The translations under genes and the position numbers were made by a program. The notes beneath the pieces are model-generated. The model was not told the DNA's origin. It made no database searches and saw nothing but the letters and a program-made list of their open reading frames with translations. A stretch of DNA of 62,848 nt, the filler included, from Octopus bimaculoides (taxonomy: Eukaryota), in the NCBI RefSeq assembly GCF_001194135.2. It is 4 parts of 3 records of this genome, joined end to end, with 100 filler letters (N's around TTAATTAATTAA, not from the genome) between each part and the next. Parts side by side here need not be neighbours in the genome. Positions count along the whole stretch, not along the records: positions 24,021 to 47,260 come from NC_068982.1; 3 more parts are not named here. One strand, 5' to 3'. Position 1 is the stretch's first letter. Every line of letters starts with the position of its first letter. Below, in pieces: positions 25,330 to 37,658 of the stretch.

Positions 25330-26624
25330 ATCACTTAGGTGGTATCTTATTTTATCGACCCAGAAATCATGATGAAAGACAAAGTTGACGTTGGCGGGAT
25401 TTGAACTCAGAACGTAAAGAACCGGAATAAAAATCTATAAACTATTTCTTCCGATTCTCGAACGATCCTGCCAACTGAACGAATTTATTAATAATTTCTA
25501 GTGCATGTAGGGCAGTGAGCTGGCAGAAATGTTAGCACGCCGGGCGAAATGCTTAGAGGCATTTCACCTGTCTTTACGTTCAAATTCCGCTGAGGTCGAC
25601 TTTGCCCTTCATCCTTTCGGGATCAATAAATTCTTAATATATTGACCCCGGAAAGGATGAAAGGCAAAGTTGCGTACTGGAGTCGATCTAATCGACTGAC
25701 TCCCTCCCCTAAAATTTCGGGCCTTGTACCTAGAGTAAAAAAGAATCGTTAGCACGTCGGGCAAAATGCTTAGCGGCATTCTGAGTTAAAATTCCGCCGA
25801 GTTCCTTTGTGGGTCGATAAAAGAAGCATCAGTTAAGCACTGGAGTCGCTATAATCGGATTAACCCCAAACCTGTAATTGCTGGCCTTGTGTCAAAATTT
25901 TAGACATATTTCTAATTAACAGCATATGACCAGCAATTTTTAGAGGGATAGGAGTGCTTGTTTATAACAACTTAAGATTTATTAGCCTGATATTTTATTT
26001 TGTAAACCTCCGAAAGCTGATCTGCCTGAGATCTGAACTCAGAATGTAATAGATCGAAACAAATACCACGAAGCGTATTATCTGACACGCGATATCGATT
26101 GTTCTGCCAATCCACGACGCTTGACAAAGATTTCATTATGAGAGACACAACCGGAGATTTAGGGTGAAGACTCAGTTGATTAGATCGAAATCTCTTTACT
26201 TGAATGCCATATTATTTTATCGGAGAGATGAAAGACAAAGAGACAGGGTGACCTCAGTGTGGTTTGAACTCAGAAAGTCAGAACAAATACCTTGAAGTAC
26301 TGTATCCAACAGTCCAATTTCTCTACAGATTTGCCGTTTTTAGTTTCTTATATTAGAGATAAGGCCAGAAAGTTGGTGACAGAGAAACAACCAAATACAT
26401 TTCCCATTGTATTTGAGTGGTACTTTATTTATCGACCCCGGAAGGATAAAAGGCAAACATGACCTCGTCGAGATTTGAAATCAGAATGTAAAGAACCGTA
26501 ACTAAATAGCGCAAGACATTTTGTTCGTTGCTGTAACGATTCTGTCAGTTCGCCAGCCTTGTATAACAACAATAACAACAGCAATAATAATTATAGTAAT
26601 AGTTTCTTGCATAGGCTTTGAAAG

Positions 26625-26665
<41 letters not shown>

Positions 26666-27245
26666 AAGCAGAAAAGCGTAAAGTTGACAGCAGTCAGATT
26701 TGATCGTTGAATGAAAAGAGTCGTATTTAAATACTGCAAGACCTTTTGTTCGACACTAACAATTTTGCCAATCCATCGGAACTACAATTATGATAAAATA
26801 ACGGCAGACACAAAAGACTGCAGCTTTGAGGGGAGGGAAATAATCTATTTCAGTGACACCGGTACTTGACTCGTACTTAATCTCATTGACCCTGAAAGGA
26901 TGAAAGCAAAGTTGACCTTGGTGGGATTTGAACTCAGAATGTAAAAAAAAAAAAAAAAAGCAGGAAAAATGCCACAAGGTACTTTCTGACTTGCTAAAGG
27001 TTCTCCCACTTCACCGCTTATAGTAATAAGGACTAATTTAGGCATAACGCTAATAATTTTCAGGCGAGGGGTTAGTCTATACTATTGATCCCAATACTTC
27101 GTTGGTACTTATTTTATTTTATTGACCGCAAAAATATGAAAGGTAAAATTGATCTCGGCAGGATTTGATCTCAGAACGTGCTGAACTGGAGGAAATGCCC
27201 CATGGCATCACATCTGACACACTAATGATCCTCCCAATCCATAGG
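25330..27245. mobile_element. Dense array of about 8 older SINE A copies in both orientations
   Basis: Repeated GAACTCAGAA / GAGTT(C/A)AAATTCC box-B cores at ~25390, 25580, 25790, 26035, 26270, 26480, 26935 and 27170. Confidence 0.7.
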
Positions 27246-29480
27246 AATAATAATCGTAATAAAATAACAAATAACAATAGCAAGAGATATAGCAATAACA
27301 AAAAAAATAACAATAAATAAGGAAGCCAATAAAAAAATAGATAAATAAATGAATAAATAAACCTTGCAAAAATATCAAAGGACCAAACAAAATAAACAAA
27401 CAAAGCAATGTAAATAAGTGATTCATAAAAAAAGCAATAACCCGAAAATCACCCAGCGCGCGCACGTGTGTGAGAGGGTCGTGGAAAAGGAGGGGCGCTA
27501 AAAGACCAAATAGTGTGACAAAGTTTTCAACACCACATTCTATGATAAAAAACTGAAATTCCACAGATTTTGTAACTCCACAAGTCCTTCCTAGAGAACA
27601 AACATTCTTTGAGGAAAATAAGAAGGAAATTTGATAAATTCAATGTTGTTGTTGTTATTGTTTTTGTTTAATCCTATAGGTCAGATGTGATAGAGCAGAA
27701 CTGATAAAGCAGACCCATGATCAAAGGCGTTCCAGCTGGGACCATCGCATCTTTTTTTTATTCTTTTAAATCTTACTTTCCGATATGGTGTATTTAGAAG
27801 TACACTATCCAATGTATTCATGTATTCTTCACCCCGCCTTTTTTTAATACAGTAAGGTATTGTTGCTCTTCGTTACTGAGATTTAGCTGTTATTTCCAGA
27901 AGGTCGAGTGATCACATAGGGTCTCTATCATTTATTCAGAATAATTACTATGTCGCCACATATCTTGAAAATACGTCTACTCTTTTTTTTTTTTAACCGT
28001 TCATTCAATAATAAAGTGTAGCACCTACGACCCCCATACTTTTCAATGGGTTCAGGACGTTTTGTAAGAACGAAAAAAATTATTTTCAAAGCGGATACCT
28101 AGCTGGAGTGTTTGCAACTGGGTGAACTCCACTAAACGTACTCAAGGACCTGGTGGTGGTGTCAAAACGAGGGAGAAGTCAAGTTTACCACCAAAGAATA
28201 TAGAGCTCGAGCTAATACTGCATACCATCTTGCCTGACGTTGTTGAGACTTCTTGCCCGTCTACCACTGCTCTGGACTGGTAGTTTATTTATCAGCCCTG
28301 AATAAATAATAAAATTGGCCTCGGTGGGATGTGAACTCAGAGCGCAGGGAGTCGGAATAAATTCTGCTAAGGATTTTGTCCTAACGTTAACATTTCGTCA
28401 TCATTGTAAATTCATTACACATTATATTCAAGCCGGTTTCAACTGCCGGTTGAAACAATTTCATATCAGTAACCTTATGCATTTGATGTTGATTTACAAT
28501 ATAGATGGATATTGACGATTAGATCGAATCCAGCAATCAACTGATGCTGCTAGTTTTATCGACCTCGTAAGGATAAAAGTTTACGTTGATCTTGGTGGAA
28601 TTTTAATTCTGAATGTATATATACGCAACGAAATGATGGCAAAGACCTTGTCCATCACTTTACTGCCCTCAATTTTATTAATATTAAAAGAATAACAGTT
28701 GAGCGTCACACAAACCCATAACTGTGTCGTCTTCTTTCGACGTCACAAGCTATTTTTCTTCATTTTCAAATACCATAATCACTGTAGGGTAAACGTAAAC
28801 TCACATAGATATGAGATCAAGGCAAAAATTTATATTTTGTTGTAGCTGCTGGTTTCCTCAAATAAAGTTATGAACGTCAGTCGTAACGTTTTAGTTCTTT
28901 TTTTGTCTTATTAATCCGAGCCCTTAAGCCTCTATGTAAGTATTCTGTAAATATTTTAATACTTTTTTTATTATTAGAGTCGCTAGTAGCAAGAATTGTC
29001 CGCTCCTATAAACGCATTCATTTCATGTCTACTCACAGAAAGAAACGAGGAACCGTTCTAGTGAATAATCCTCTGGTGACATTATGACAATTATTGAAAA
29101 CTTCAACCAAAAATAGTTTCAGTGATATAAAGGAAAGAATATAACGTGTAACAAACGTCTCTTGAATAATTTTCAAACTACAATTTACTTAGATAACCAC
29201 CAGTTGAGTTTTTAAAAATGTATGACTATTATGTTTTTTGCTTTTGTGATTTTAAAACTAATTAAATTCATGAATATATTTCCAGTCATGTGAGGTTCAA
29301 ATTTTAACTCTGTGACATAAAAAACTGCTTAAGAAGAACGCATGTTCGTGGCTAAGAGACAAGATAAGTCATATAAGGAGGCTCGGTAAACAAAAATGAT
29401 TTTATAGAGGTGAATTAGAATTCATTATGACAGACACTACATGACTTTAATGTTTCTTTGAGGGCATTGACAGTGTAAGC

Positions 29481-29720
29481 TAGAGGCTCTCAACCATTTT
29501 CTTTTTACCTTAGAACCTCTTTTGTTTCTTATTTTACTCGGATGGACTCTCATAGCCATTCGATGTCTAAAAAATCCTATGATATTTTTATTATTAAATA
29601 TCATTAGGAATAGTATAAAAAATTGATAGAATATTTTGTGTATTGTTGAAATATAACCAGTTTATTTGTACATAAATTTTGGCGACAAAATCTTATATAA
29701 GCCGCGGTTAAGAACAACTG
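29481..29720 (+). mobile_element. hAT MITE with perfect 8-bp TSD
   Basis: TSD GTGTAAGC at 29473-29480 and 29721-29728; imperfect TIRs TAGAGGCTCTCAACC / GGTTAAGAACAACTG. Confidence 0.85.
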
Positions 29721-30113
29721 GTGTAAGCAAAATAAATACGGTCGAAAAGATCCTGTTCGGCAGTAGATTACTTCGTTTCAGATAGTTGATATTTAACTCT
29801 ACGTGACTAGTTTATAGTGCTGGTTACAGAGGCATTTTGTTTGTTATACACCACCTGATGACAGATATACTTCTCAAAAGAGAACAGGCTTTAACGAAAG
29901 ATTTGCTACGATGCAAGATCACAGATATTTTCTTTATACCACGTATCAGAAACAGACTTTTAGCTTTTAATCGTTCATAGTATAGAATTAATACTGCAGT
30001 CTCAAATAATTATTTTTCTAATTCTTGTAACTTTATCAAGTAACTTTTAAAAACAAAATCTTTTAAATATTACACATAGGCGCACGCGCGCATTGTATAT
30101 CATTCTTAAAATA

Positions 30114-30215
30114 CAAGAATGTTGTTGACAGTCACTCCGAAGTTTCGGCCAGTTAACATGTCGGATAAAGACTTAGGTAGCCGAAAATTCGAATTCACTG
30201 TCAACAACATTCTTG
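30114..30215. repeat. Inverted repeat with 19-bp perfect arms (102-bp hairpin)
   Basis: CAAGAATGTTGTTGACAGT (30114-30132) and ACTGTCAACAACATTCTTG (30197-30215), plus inner TTTCGGC/GCCGAAA pairing. Confidence 0.9.
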
Positions 30216-30309
30216 CTTAACAATAAATTTGTACTCTATAAATTTATAGAGTAACCTATTAGATTAATATAAAATTGTTTTTTATTATAACTGAACATAA
30301 AAACAAACA

Positions 30310-30377
<68 letters not shown>

Positions 30378-30489
30378 TAGTCTGCTTATATTGGCTACTA
30401 TACATTTTATGATTTTGTGAGGCAAGAATTTGCTGATTTATATGTGTATATATACCATACATATGAGTGTGTGTGTGTGTGTGTACACA

Positions 30490-30700
30490 CACACACACAC
30501 ACACACACGTGTGGGGTGTCGGTAAGGTAGCATTTGTTTGAGCTGATGCTCAGACTAGGAAATGGACACTCTTCAAGCTTCTGAGTTCAAATTCCACCGA
30601 GGTGAACTTTGCCTTTCATCCTTCTGGAGTCGATAAAATAAGTACCAGTTGAGCGCATGAGTTGCCCCCAAATTGTTGGCCCTGTGCCACATTTTGAAAC
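30490..30700 (+). mobile_element. SINE family A
   Basis: CTGAGTTCAAATTCCACCGAGGTGAACTTTGCCTTTCATCC..GTCGATAAAATAAGTACCAG. Confidence 0.75.
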
Positions 30701-30879
30701 CAATCTTCGGGCTTGTAGTGACTGTGATCTTTTAGGTCAAACATATGGAAAATGTTTATTTCTGTTTCTTAGATTTATCTATATCATGACCAGCCATACA
30801 ACGAAACATTGCCGGAACAATAATTCCTGTATAGCTCATGTTGAACCGTTGATCCCCCCCCCCCACATTTTTTCTCTCT

Positions 30880-31001
30880 GCGTTCTTTTCGTGTTCTCTC
30901 CGTTTTTTTCCCTCTCAATCTTTTCTGTCGATGAGCAACTAATAACACCTGCTTGTTGTTCCTTCACCTATCTTCATCTTTTGTTTTCTTTAAATCTGAA
31001 C

Positions 31002-31012
<11 letters not shown>
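30880..31012 (+). mobile_element. Internally deleted copy of the U6-hammerhead repeat (H6)
   Basis: TTTT-CTGTCGA-T-GAGC joined directly to the family tail AACTAATAACACCTGCTTGTTG; the deletion lies between two GAGC repeats of the consensus. Confidence 0.6.
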
Positions 31013-31051
<39 letters not shown>

Positions 31052-31189
31052 TCAAATATACGTGCGAGTACATAAAAGTATAACCATCCATCAGTCATTC
31101 ATGAGTACGGCTGAATAGCATGTATGAAGCTTTCGCAAATTGCTTTAAGTGCTTGTATAGTCGCAAATAGATATAGACACCTTCTTTCC

Positions 31190-31415
31190 CCACACATCTG
31201 ACCTAACTAGCGGAATATCTTGGATGACACAACTAAATAGAACGATGAATGCATCAACCAACATCTGACTGGCATTTATTATAGCTGTGTAGACTGGTGA
31301 CAAATGAATTGAAGTGTGTTGCTCAAGGACGATACGCACTTCTCGGTTCAGGAAGTGATCCTAAGACCTCATTATCTTAGTCCGAACAACCTAACCACTA
31401 GGCTACGCGCCTTCA
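31190..31415 (-). mobile_element. tRNA-derived CORE-like SINE (family I)
   Basis: Minus strand GTGAAGGCGCGTAGCCTAGTGGTTAGG..GTCCTTGAGCAACACACTTCAA. Confidence 0.6.
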
Positions 31416-31489
31416 CACACACACACACACATACACTTATAACTCGGTAAAAATATAACACAAAACATATACTTGGTAACTATAGTGAC

Positions 31490-31840
31490 TACAAGCGTAC
31501 CTCAACTTACGACGTTTCGAGTTTCATCTTTTTCGATTTTAAATCGAGTTTTTTTTTTTAAGAAATCAATGGAGAAAATAACCTCAACTTCAGTTGATTC
31601 AACCCACTTTACGTCGTTCTCGGCGAGCAAATTAAAAAAGTTGAACATTAATAAAAAAAATAATAACCAGCCTAGAACAATACTGAAGTGGAAAATCAAA
31701 TAACGTACATGAAAAATATGTACAAACCATCTATTAAAAAAGATATGAGCTGATAAATTCTTAGAAACAATTTTTTGAGTTACGTCTTTCTTCGAGTTAC
31801 GTCTTCGAGTTGCATATCTTGAAACCAACTACCGACGGAA
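31490..31840. mobile_element. Degenerate Tigger/pogo-like remnant
   Basis: ACCTCAACTTACGAC and repeated GAGTTACGTC subterminal-type motifs; ends are not resolved. Confidence 0.3.
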
Positions 31841-33127
31841 GTTTGCGTACGCTTGTATGCTTTATTGAAGTGAATAAATGAGAAAAGTTTTAGATGTGAG
31901 AATTGATCCTTCTGTTGGAATGATTAATAGGTATTTTAAAATATATTATTCACTGCTGGCAATTGTAGTGATTATTTTTATATTTGTATATATGCCTAGC
32001 AACGAAGAACTGACTCTTACATGTTCATAGATATATTGCTTGAGTCTTTCTGTGTGTGTTTGTTTACGTACGTGCCAGTGTGTGTGTGTGTGTGTGTGTG
32101 TGTGTTTCAAGTATGTATGTCACATCGAAAACAGCCTGTTTACTGAATCCAGCTCTTGAAGAAGAGCTTAATTGCCTTTCCCTTCCTAGTGCATTTTATT
32201 TTATTTTTCTTAAATAGAAAAATTCAATAAAATTCCAGATGACATTAAGTCCGACATTTTCTATGACATTTGCCCATTGCTAAGCTATTATATTTTGTTT
32301 TCTTGTGGCTTTTAAAAATTCTATTTTCTCTATTTTTCGCCTGCAAACATTTCAATGTCTCTTGATTTTTCCCGAAGATCACTAACAAGAAAGTTATTCC
32401 TTCGTTGCTGATCACGAATTATATTTAAATAAGGACAGTGATGGTCGAGGAGGGGAGGATCATCTTTAAAAGCGATACAACAGTCGTTTATAAATATATA
32501 AAAAAAAAATTAACAAATAAAGATTAGCCGTAAGTAACTCAAGGCTAAATGTATAAATATGTAAATCACAGATTTGAAAAAGAAAAGAAAACTAGGCTTA
32601 AAATGTCTACGATAAATATATAATATAATATAATATAATATAATATAATATAATACAACATAACATATTATGCGCGCGCGCGCGCGCGCGCGTGTGTGTG
32701 TGAGTGTATGTGTGTGTGTGCTTGTATGTATTTGTTAGTATAAAAGAAAAGAATTTACATATTTGAAATGCGTACGTGCTTACACATATTTTGACAAATA
32801 AATGTATAAATGCATATAAAGAAGTACGAACACAAAAGCACTACGTTTGTGCTCGTGTATATATATATATATATATATATNNNNNNNNNNNNNNNNNNNN
32901 NNNNNNNNNNNNNNNNNNNNNNNNNNNNNNNNCATATACATATTTATATATACATATGTATGTGTACACACACACATGTATGCATGTATGTATACACACA
33001 CACATATGCATTTATGTATGCGTGTATGTATGTATGTATGTATGTATGCATGCATGTATGTACTTCAGCAATGTAACTACATACGTGCTGTTGGCGATTT
33101 CTATTCCTTTGGACCTTTCCCTTACTC

Positions 33128-33163
33128 CTCCCCGACGAGGAACTATGCTCGAAACGTCAAAAA
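33128..33163 (+). ncRNA. Degenerate hammerhead motif H7 (CCGACGA core)
   Basis: CCGACGA-G-GAACTATGCTC-GAAA-CG-TC; helix I is broken. Tail GAGTGTCAAACTAATACA is shared with the U6 family. Confidence 0.5.
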
Positions 33164-34080
33164 CTCTCTTTTTTACTGAGTGTCAAACTAATACATTCTT
33201 TGTGCACGTCCTCTTGCCTAGTATTGTTAATTTTATTGTTCGTTTATTTGAATTCAGTGTGTATGTATATGTGTGTGTGTGTGTGTGTGTGTGCGTGTGT
33301 ACATTTAAATATATACATACATAGACACTTTTGCAGGTAAATATTAAACAAAAAGTGTTCAGTGGAGTGTATTCGTTCGAAGCAGATGACTCATTTCATT
33401 ACTACTCATAGTTTATCGCTGACGTGCGTGCGCACACACACACAAACGCACACACACAAACACACACACACACACACACTCTCTCTCTCTATCTCACTCT
33501 CTCTCTCACTCTCTCTCTCACTCTCTCTCTCACTCTCTCTCTCTCTCACTCTCTCACAACCATATATAGAGGAAGAGAGAAAATCCTCTTGTGCTTCATG
33601 AGCATGTGCATACAAGCGAAGTAACTCGGAGAGTTCACAGAATACTGATAGCTTCTTACGAATATATAAATTGATTTTAAAATCTAAATTTGAAAAGCGA
33701 ACAATACAAGGCCTTTGTATTGAAAACCAACAATAATACCCTCAAAAAATCATTCGATGTTTTATAAAAGTTCTTTTAATTTTGATACGTAATCTTGATA
33801 CATAACTCGTTATATCATTGTTTCATTATGGTAAAGGTTTCGGTTATGCTTCAGATATAAATTTATTGAAAGCGTAACGCTCGAACACATGTCGTATCCT
33901 ACAGAGTAATATTATAGATAATACTTCTCAAACCATAGATGATGGGTGATGGGAGATGAGGATGTAAATGGTTTCTAACAGAAAGTGTTTCACTGTATTT
34001 TATTTTATCGAAATGGGAGGGATAGAAGGCAAAGTTGAAAATTGAAACGGCGAATAATTAAATGACGCATATAATAATAA

Positions 34081-34126
<46 letters not shown>

Positions 34127-34181
34127 CGTCGTCGTCGTCGTCGTAGTAGAAATAGTAGTAGAAATAGTAGTAGTAGTAGTA

Positions 34182-34217
<36 letters not shown>

Positions 34218-34421
34218 TTTTTAAAAGGATTGACATAAGTCTTCACGAAGGTAAATATTGAAGACGAAGAGCGCAATTCGATTGTATAGATATTTTATTG
34301 GTTGAACAATATTTCAACAGTACGTCTGTCTTTGTCAAGTTCAAAATAAGAGGTGATTAAAAATTTTGAATTTGACTGCGAACTGGAGGGTCAACCTTAG
34401 GAATGAGCAAGTGTCTCGCTG

Positions 34422-34991
34422 TGCCGCATCTGCAATAGGGTGGATGAAACCATTGTCCATATCACAAACGAATGCCCTAGTCTTACCCAAAACCACTACA
34501 AGTTGTGGCGATACGATCTGGTAGCGAAAGTGCTACATTAGATAATGTACGAAAAGTGGGGGATACAGAGAGACAAGATGTGGTATGAGCACAAATTGCA
34601 GAGAATGGTGGAGTCGGAGACTAGCAAAATCATCTGGGATTTCCCAATCCAAACAAATCAGGCGCTAGAGTATAACAGACCAGACCTAGTGGTGGCGGAC
34701 AAGGTGCACCACATATGCTATATAGTTGATGTTGTATGCCTCTTTGACCCACGAATAGTCAAGAAGGAAGGCAAAAAGATAGATAAATACAACCCTCTTA
34801 AGTACAAAATAGTCCGGCTATGGAAAATGAAGAAGGTGAAGATAGTGCCAATTATTTTTGGGTCCTTGGGAACAGTATCAGAAGGCATCAAGGGGAACAT
34901 AAAGAAAATTGGAATAGAGTGCCCAGAACTGTTACAAAAGGTTCGCCTCCTTGACACGGCCAGAATAATCAGGAAAGTATTAGATAGCTGA
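34422..34991 (+). pseudogene. R4/Dong-like retrotransposon 3' end: CCHC knuckle plus restriction-like endonuclease
   Basis: One frame with a single internal TAG: CRICNRVDETIVHITNEC (CX2CX8HX4C) then WDFPIQTNQALEYNRPDLVVADK..IVDVVCLFD..K..KY..L..IVPIIFGSLG. A short 3' UTR and an (ATG)n(AAT)n tail follow, to ~35210. Confidence 0.9.
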
Positions 34992-35097
34992 AAAGAATGG
35001 ATAACATGGTACCGTAGGCTGCAGGTAGCAAGCCCGATACGCATGTAAGACTTCAGGAATTCTTACAAAGCTTGTGATAGAAATAATAGTAATAACA

Positions 35098-35202
<105 letters not shown>

Positions 35203-35219
35203 GTAATAATTTGTTTTAG

Positions 35220-35690
35220 TTTTGGCTTAAGGCTAGCAATTTGAAAAGGAGTGGGTGAATCTATACGTTCGACCGCAATACTTGACGGCATTCTATATTG
35301 TCGATCTCGGAGGACTACAAGGTTAAGTTAACGTCAGTGGAATTTGAACTTAGAATGTAACGTTTCGGAAGAAACGCAGCTAGGCATTTTGTTCGATATT
35401 CTAATGATTCTGCGAATCCACTAGATCAGTTGTACATAGGTAACAAGCGGTAATCAATATTTCAGTGTTTAAACAAGGCGGCGAGGTAGCAGAAGCGTTA
35501 GCACGCCGGGAAAAATGCTTAGCAGCATTTCGTCCATTTTTATGCATTGAGTTCAAATTCCACCGAGGTCGATTTTGCCTGTCATCCTTTCGGGGTCGAT
35601 AAAACAAGTACCAGTTAAGCACTGGGGGTCGATGCAATCGCCTTATTCCCTCCGGGGAAATTGCTGGCCTTGTGCCAAAATTTGAAATTA
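35220..35690. mobile_element. Head-to-head SINE A pair (minus 35220-35420, plus 35475-35690)
   Basis: GGAATTTGAACTTAGAATG followed by GGCGGCGAGGTAGCAGAAGCGTTAGCACG..GAGTTCAAATTCCACCGAGGTCG. Confidence 0.8.
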
Positions 35691-35697
35691 TTATATA

Positions 35698-36555
35698 CAG
35701 TAATCCCTCGACTACCGTGAGTGTTACGTTCCCCGCCCGCCGGTGATAGGCGAAAAACCGCGAAGTAGAAACAGTACTGTACTGTATATTTTTTTAATTA
35801 TTTTTATAATTTGTATATAGTTATTTTATTATAAATGCAAAACAATACCACACACTCGCCTACGAGTTACGTTTTCCATACAATATGTGCGATTCTATAT
35901 TTACTCATCTGCGGTGCACTACGTATTATTATTTTAATTATATCTTAATTAATGTGTTATACATTGCAGTACTGTACTAAAAGTGGAGGCGCAATGGCCC
36001 AGTGGTTAGGGCAGCGGACTCACGGTCATAGGATCGCGGTTTCGATTCTCATACCGGGCGTTGTGAGTGTTTATTGAACGAAAACACCTAAAGATCCACG
36101 AGGCACCGGCAGGGGATGGTGGCGAACCCTGCTGTACTCTTTCACCACAACTTTCTGCTGTGCCTGTAATTCAAAGGGTCAGCCTTGTCACACTGTGTCA
36201 CGCTGAATATCCCCGAGAACTACGTTAAGAGTACTCGTGTCTGTGGAGTGCTCAGCCACTGGTACGTTAATTTCACGAGCAGGCTGTTCCGTTGATCGGA
36301 TGAACTGGAACCCTCGACGTCGTAAGCGGCGGAGTGCCAACAACAACAACAACTGTACTAAAGTTTTATTTAGTAATTTTTAATTAATATGAAAATGCTT
36401 ACTCTGTCACAGAAATAATTAAAATCTAAAAAAATATAAATACCTACCGGCTGCAGAAACCCGCGATATACTGAGGAGTCCGCGACATACATTTACATAT
36501 ATTATTCAGAAGAATCCGCAATGTACTGAGGTCGCGATATGGCGAGTGATTACTG
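35698..36555 (+). mobile_element. Tigger/pogo-like MITE with TA TSD, interrupted by SINE B
   Basis: TA|CAGTAATCCCTCGAC ... GGCGAGTGATTACTG|TA terminal inverted repeats. Confidence 0.8.
35983..36351 (+). mobile_element. Full-length SINE family B with TSD
   Basis: Same head and tail as 10118-10516; TSD ACTGTACTAAA at 35971-35981 and 36352-36362; (AAC)n tail. Confidence 0.9.
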
Positions 36556-36574
36556 TATATATATATATATATAT

Positions 36575-36972
36575 GTAAGGCGGGGTCGACTTGCCTTTCA
36601 CCCTTTCCGGTCGATTAAATAAGTACCAGTTACGCATTGGGGTTGATGTAATCGACTTAATCTCTTTGTCTGTACTCGTTTGTCCTCTCTATGTGGGCAA
36701 TAAAGAAATATATATATATATGTAAGGCGAGTTGACAGAATCGTTAGTTCGGTGGACATAATACTTAGCGGCGTTTCGACCGTCTTTACGTTCTGAGTTG
36801 AAATTCTGCAGGGGAATTTTTTTCTCTTTTCATCCTTTCGGGGTCGATAAAATAAGTACCAGTTGAGCACTGAGATCGATCAAATAAGTACTAGTTGAGC
36901 ATTTGGGGTTGATGTAATCGACTTTCCCCACTCCCCAGGAATTGCTGGCCTTCCACCAAAATTTGAAACCAA
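36575..36972 (+). mobile_element. Two SINE A copies
   Basis: GTCGACTTGCCTTTCACCC.. and CTGAGTTGAAATTC..CATCCTTTCGGGGTCGATAAAATAAGTACCAG. Confidence 0.75.
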
Positions 36973-37601
36973 TATTTCGGTACTTAAAATATGTAATCAA
37001 CATTTGAAGGGCGCCTGGAGAGTGTCAAGAAAATATTAGGAAGCAGATTATGTTAATCCAGTTCTCTTTTCTACACGCTCGATCTTTAGCTCGCTTTTCG
37101 TTGTTGTTGATTCTGTTGTTGTTGTTGTTGTTAGTAGTAGTAGTAGTAGTTGTTGTAATAATGGTGATAGGAGTGGTGGTCGTGGTGGTAAAGAGATGTT
37201 CAAGGTAATGAATGTAGTGGAGCAAAAATTTATAATCACAAAGGGGAATCATCAGCGATCTGTTAAACTACAAAGGATAAAAATTAAAAAAAGAAACAAA
37301 AACAAAAACAAAACAAAACGAATAAGCAAGCTACAAAAAATGAAAGGAAGAAGGAAAGAAGGAATGACAGTGAAATAAACGCAGAGGAAAGGACATGAAA
37401 TATTATTAGATCGTTTCTTCCCATCAATGTAACAAGAGCTACTAATAGACAGAAGGACACAGTACTAAATGTATCCAGCCAACCAACAAACAAACAAACG
37501 GACAAACAAACAAGCAAACAAACAAACAAACAAACAAACCAAACAACCTGCCAGCCAACCAGCCAGACAACCAGCCAGCCAGCCACGCAACTAATGAAGC
37601 A

Positions 37602-37658
<57 letters not shown>

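Noticed and set aside
29853-29900. CCTGATGAC..AGA/TCT..CAAAA..AGG hammerhead-like string
   Set aside because: It lacks GAAA and the UH cleavage site.
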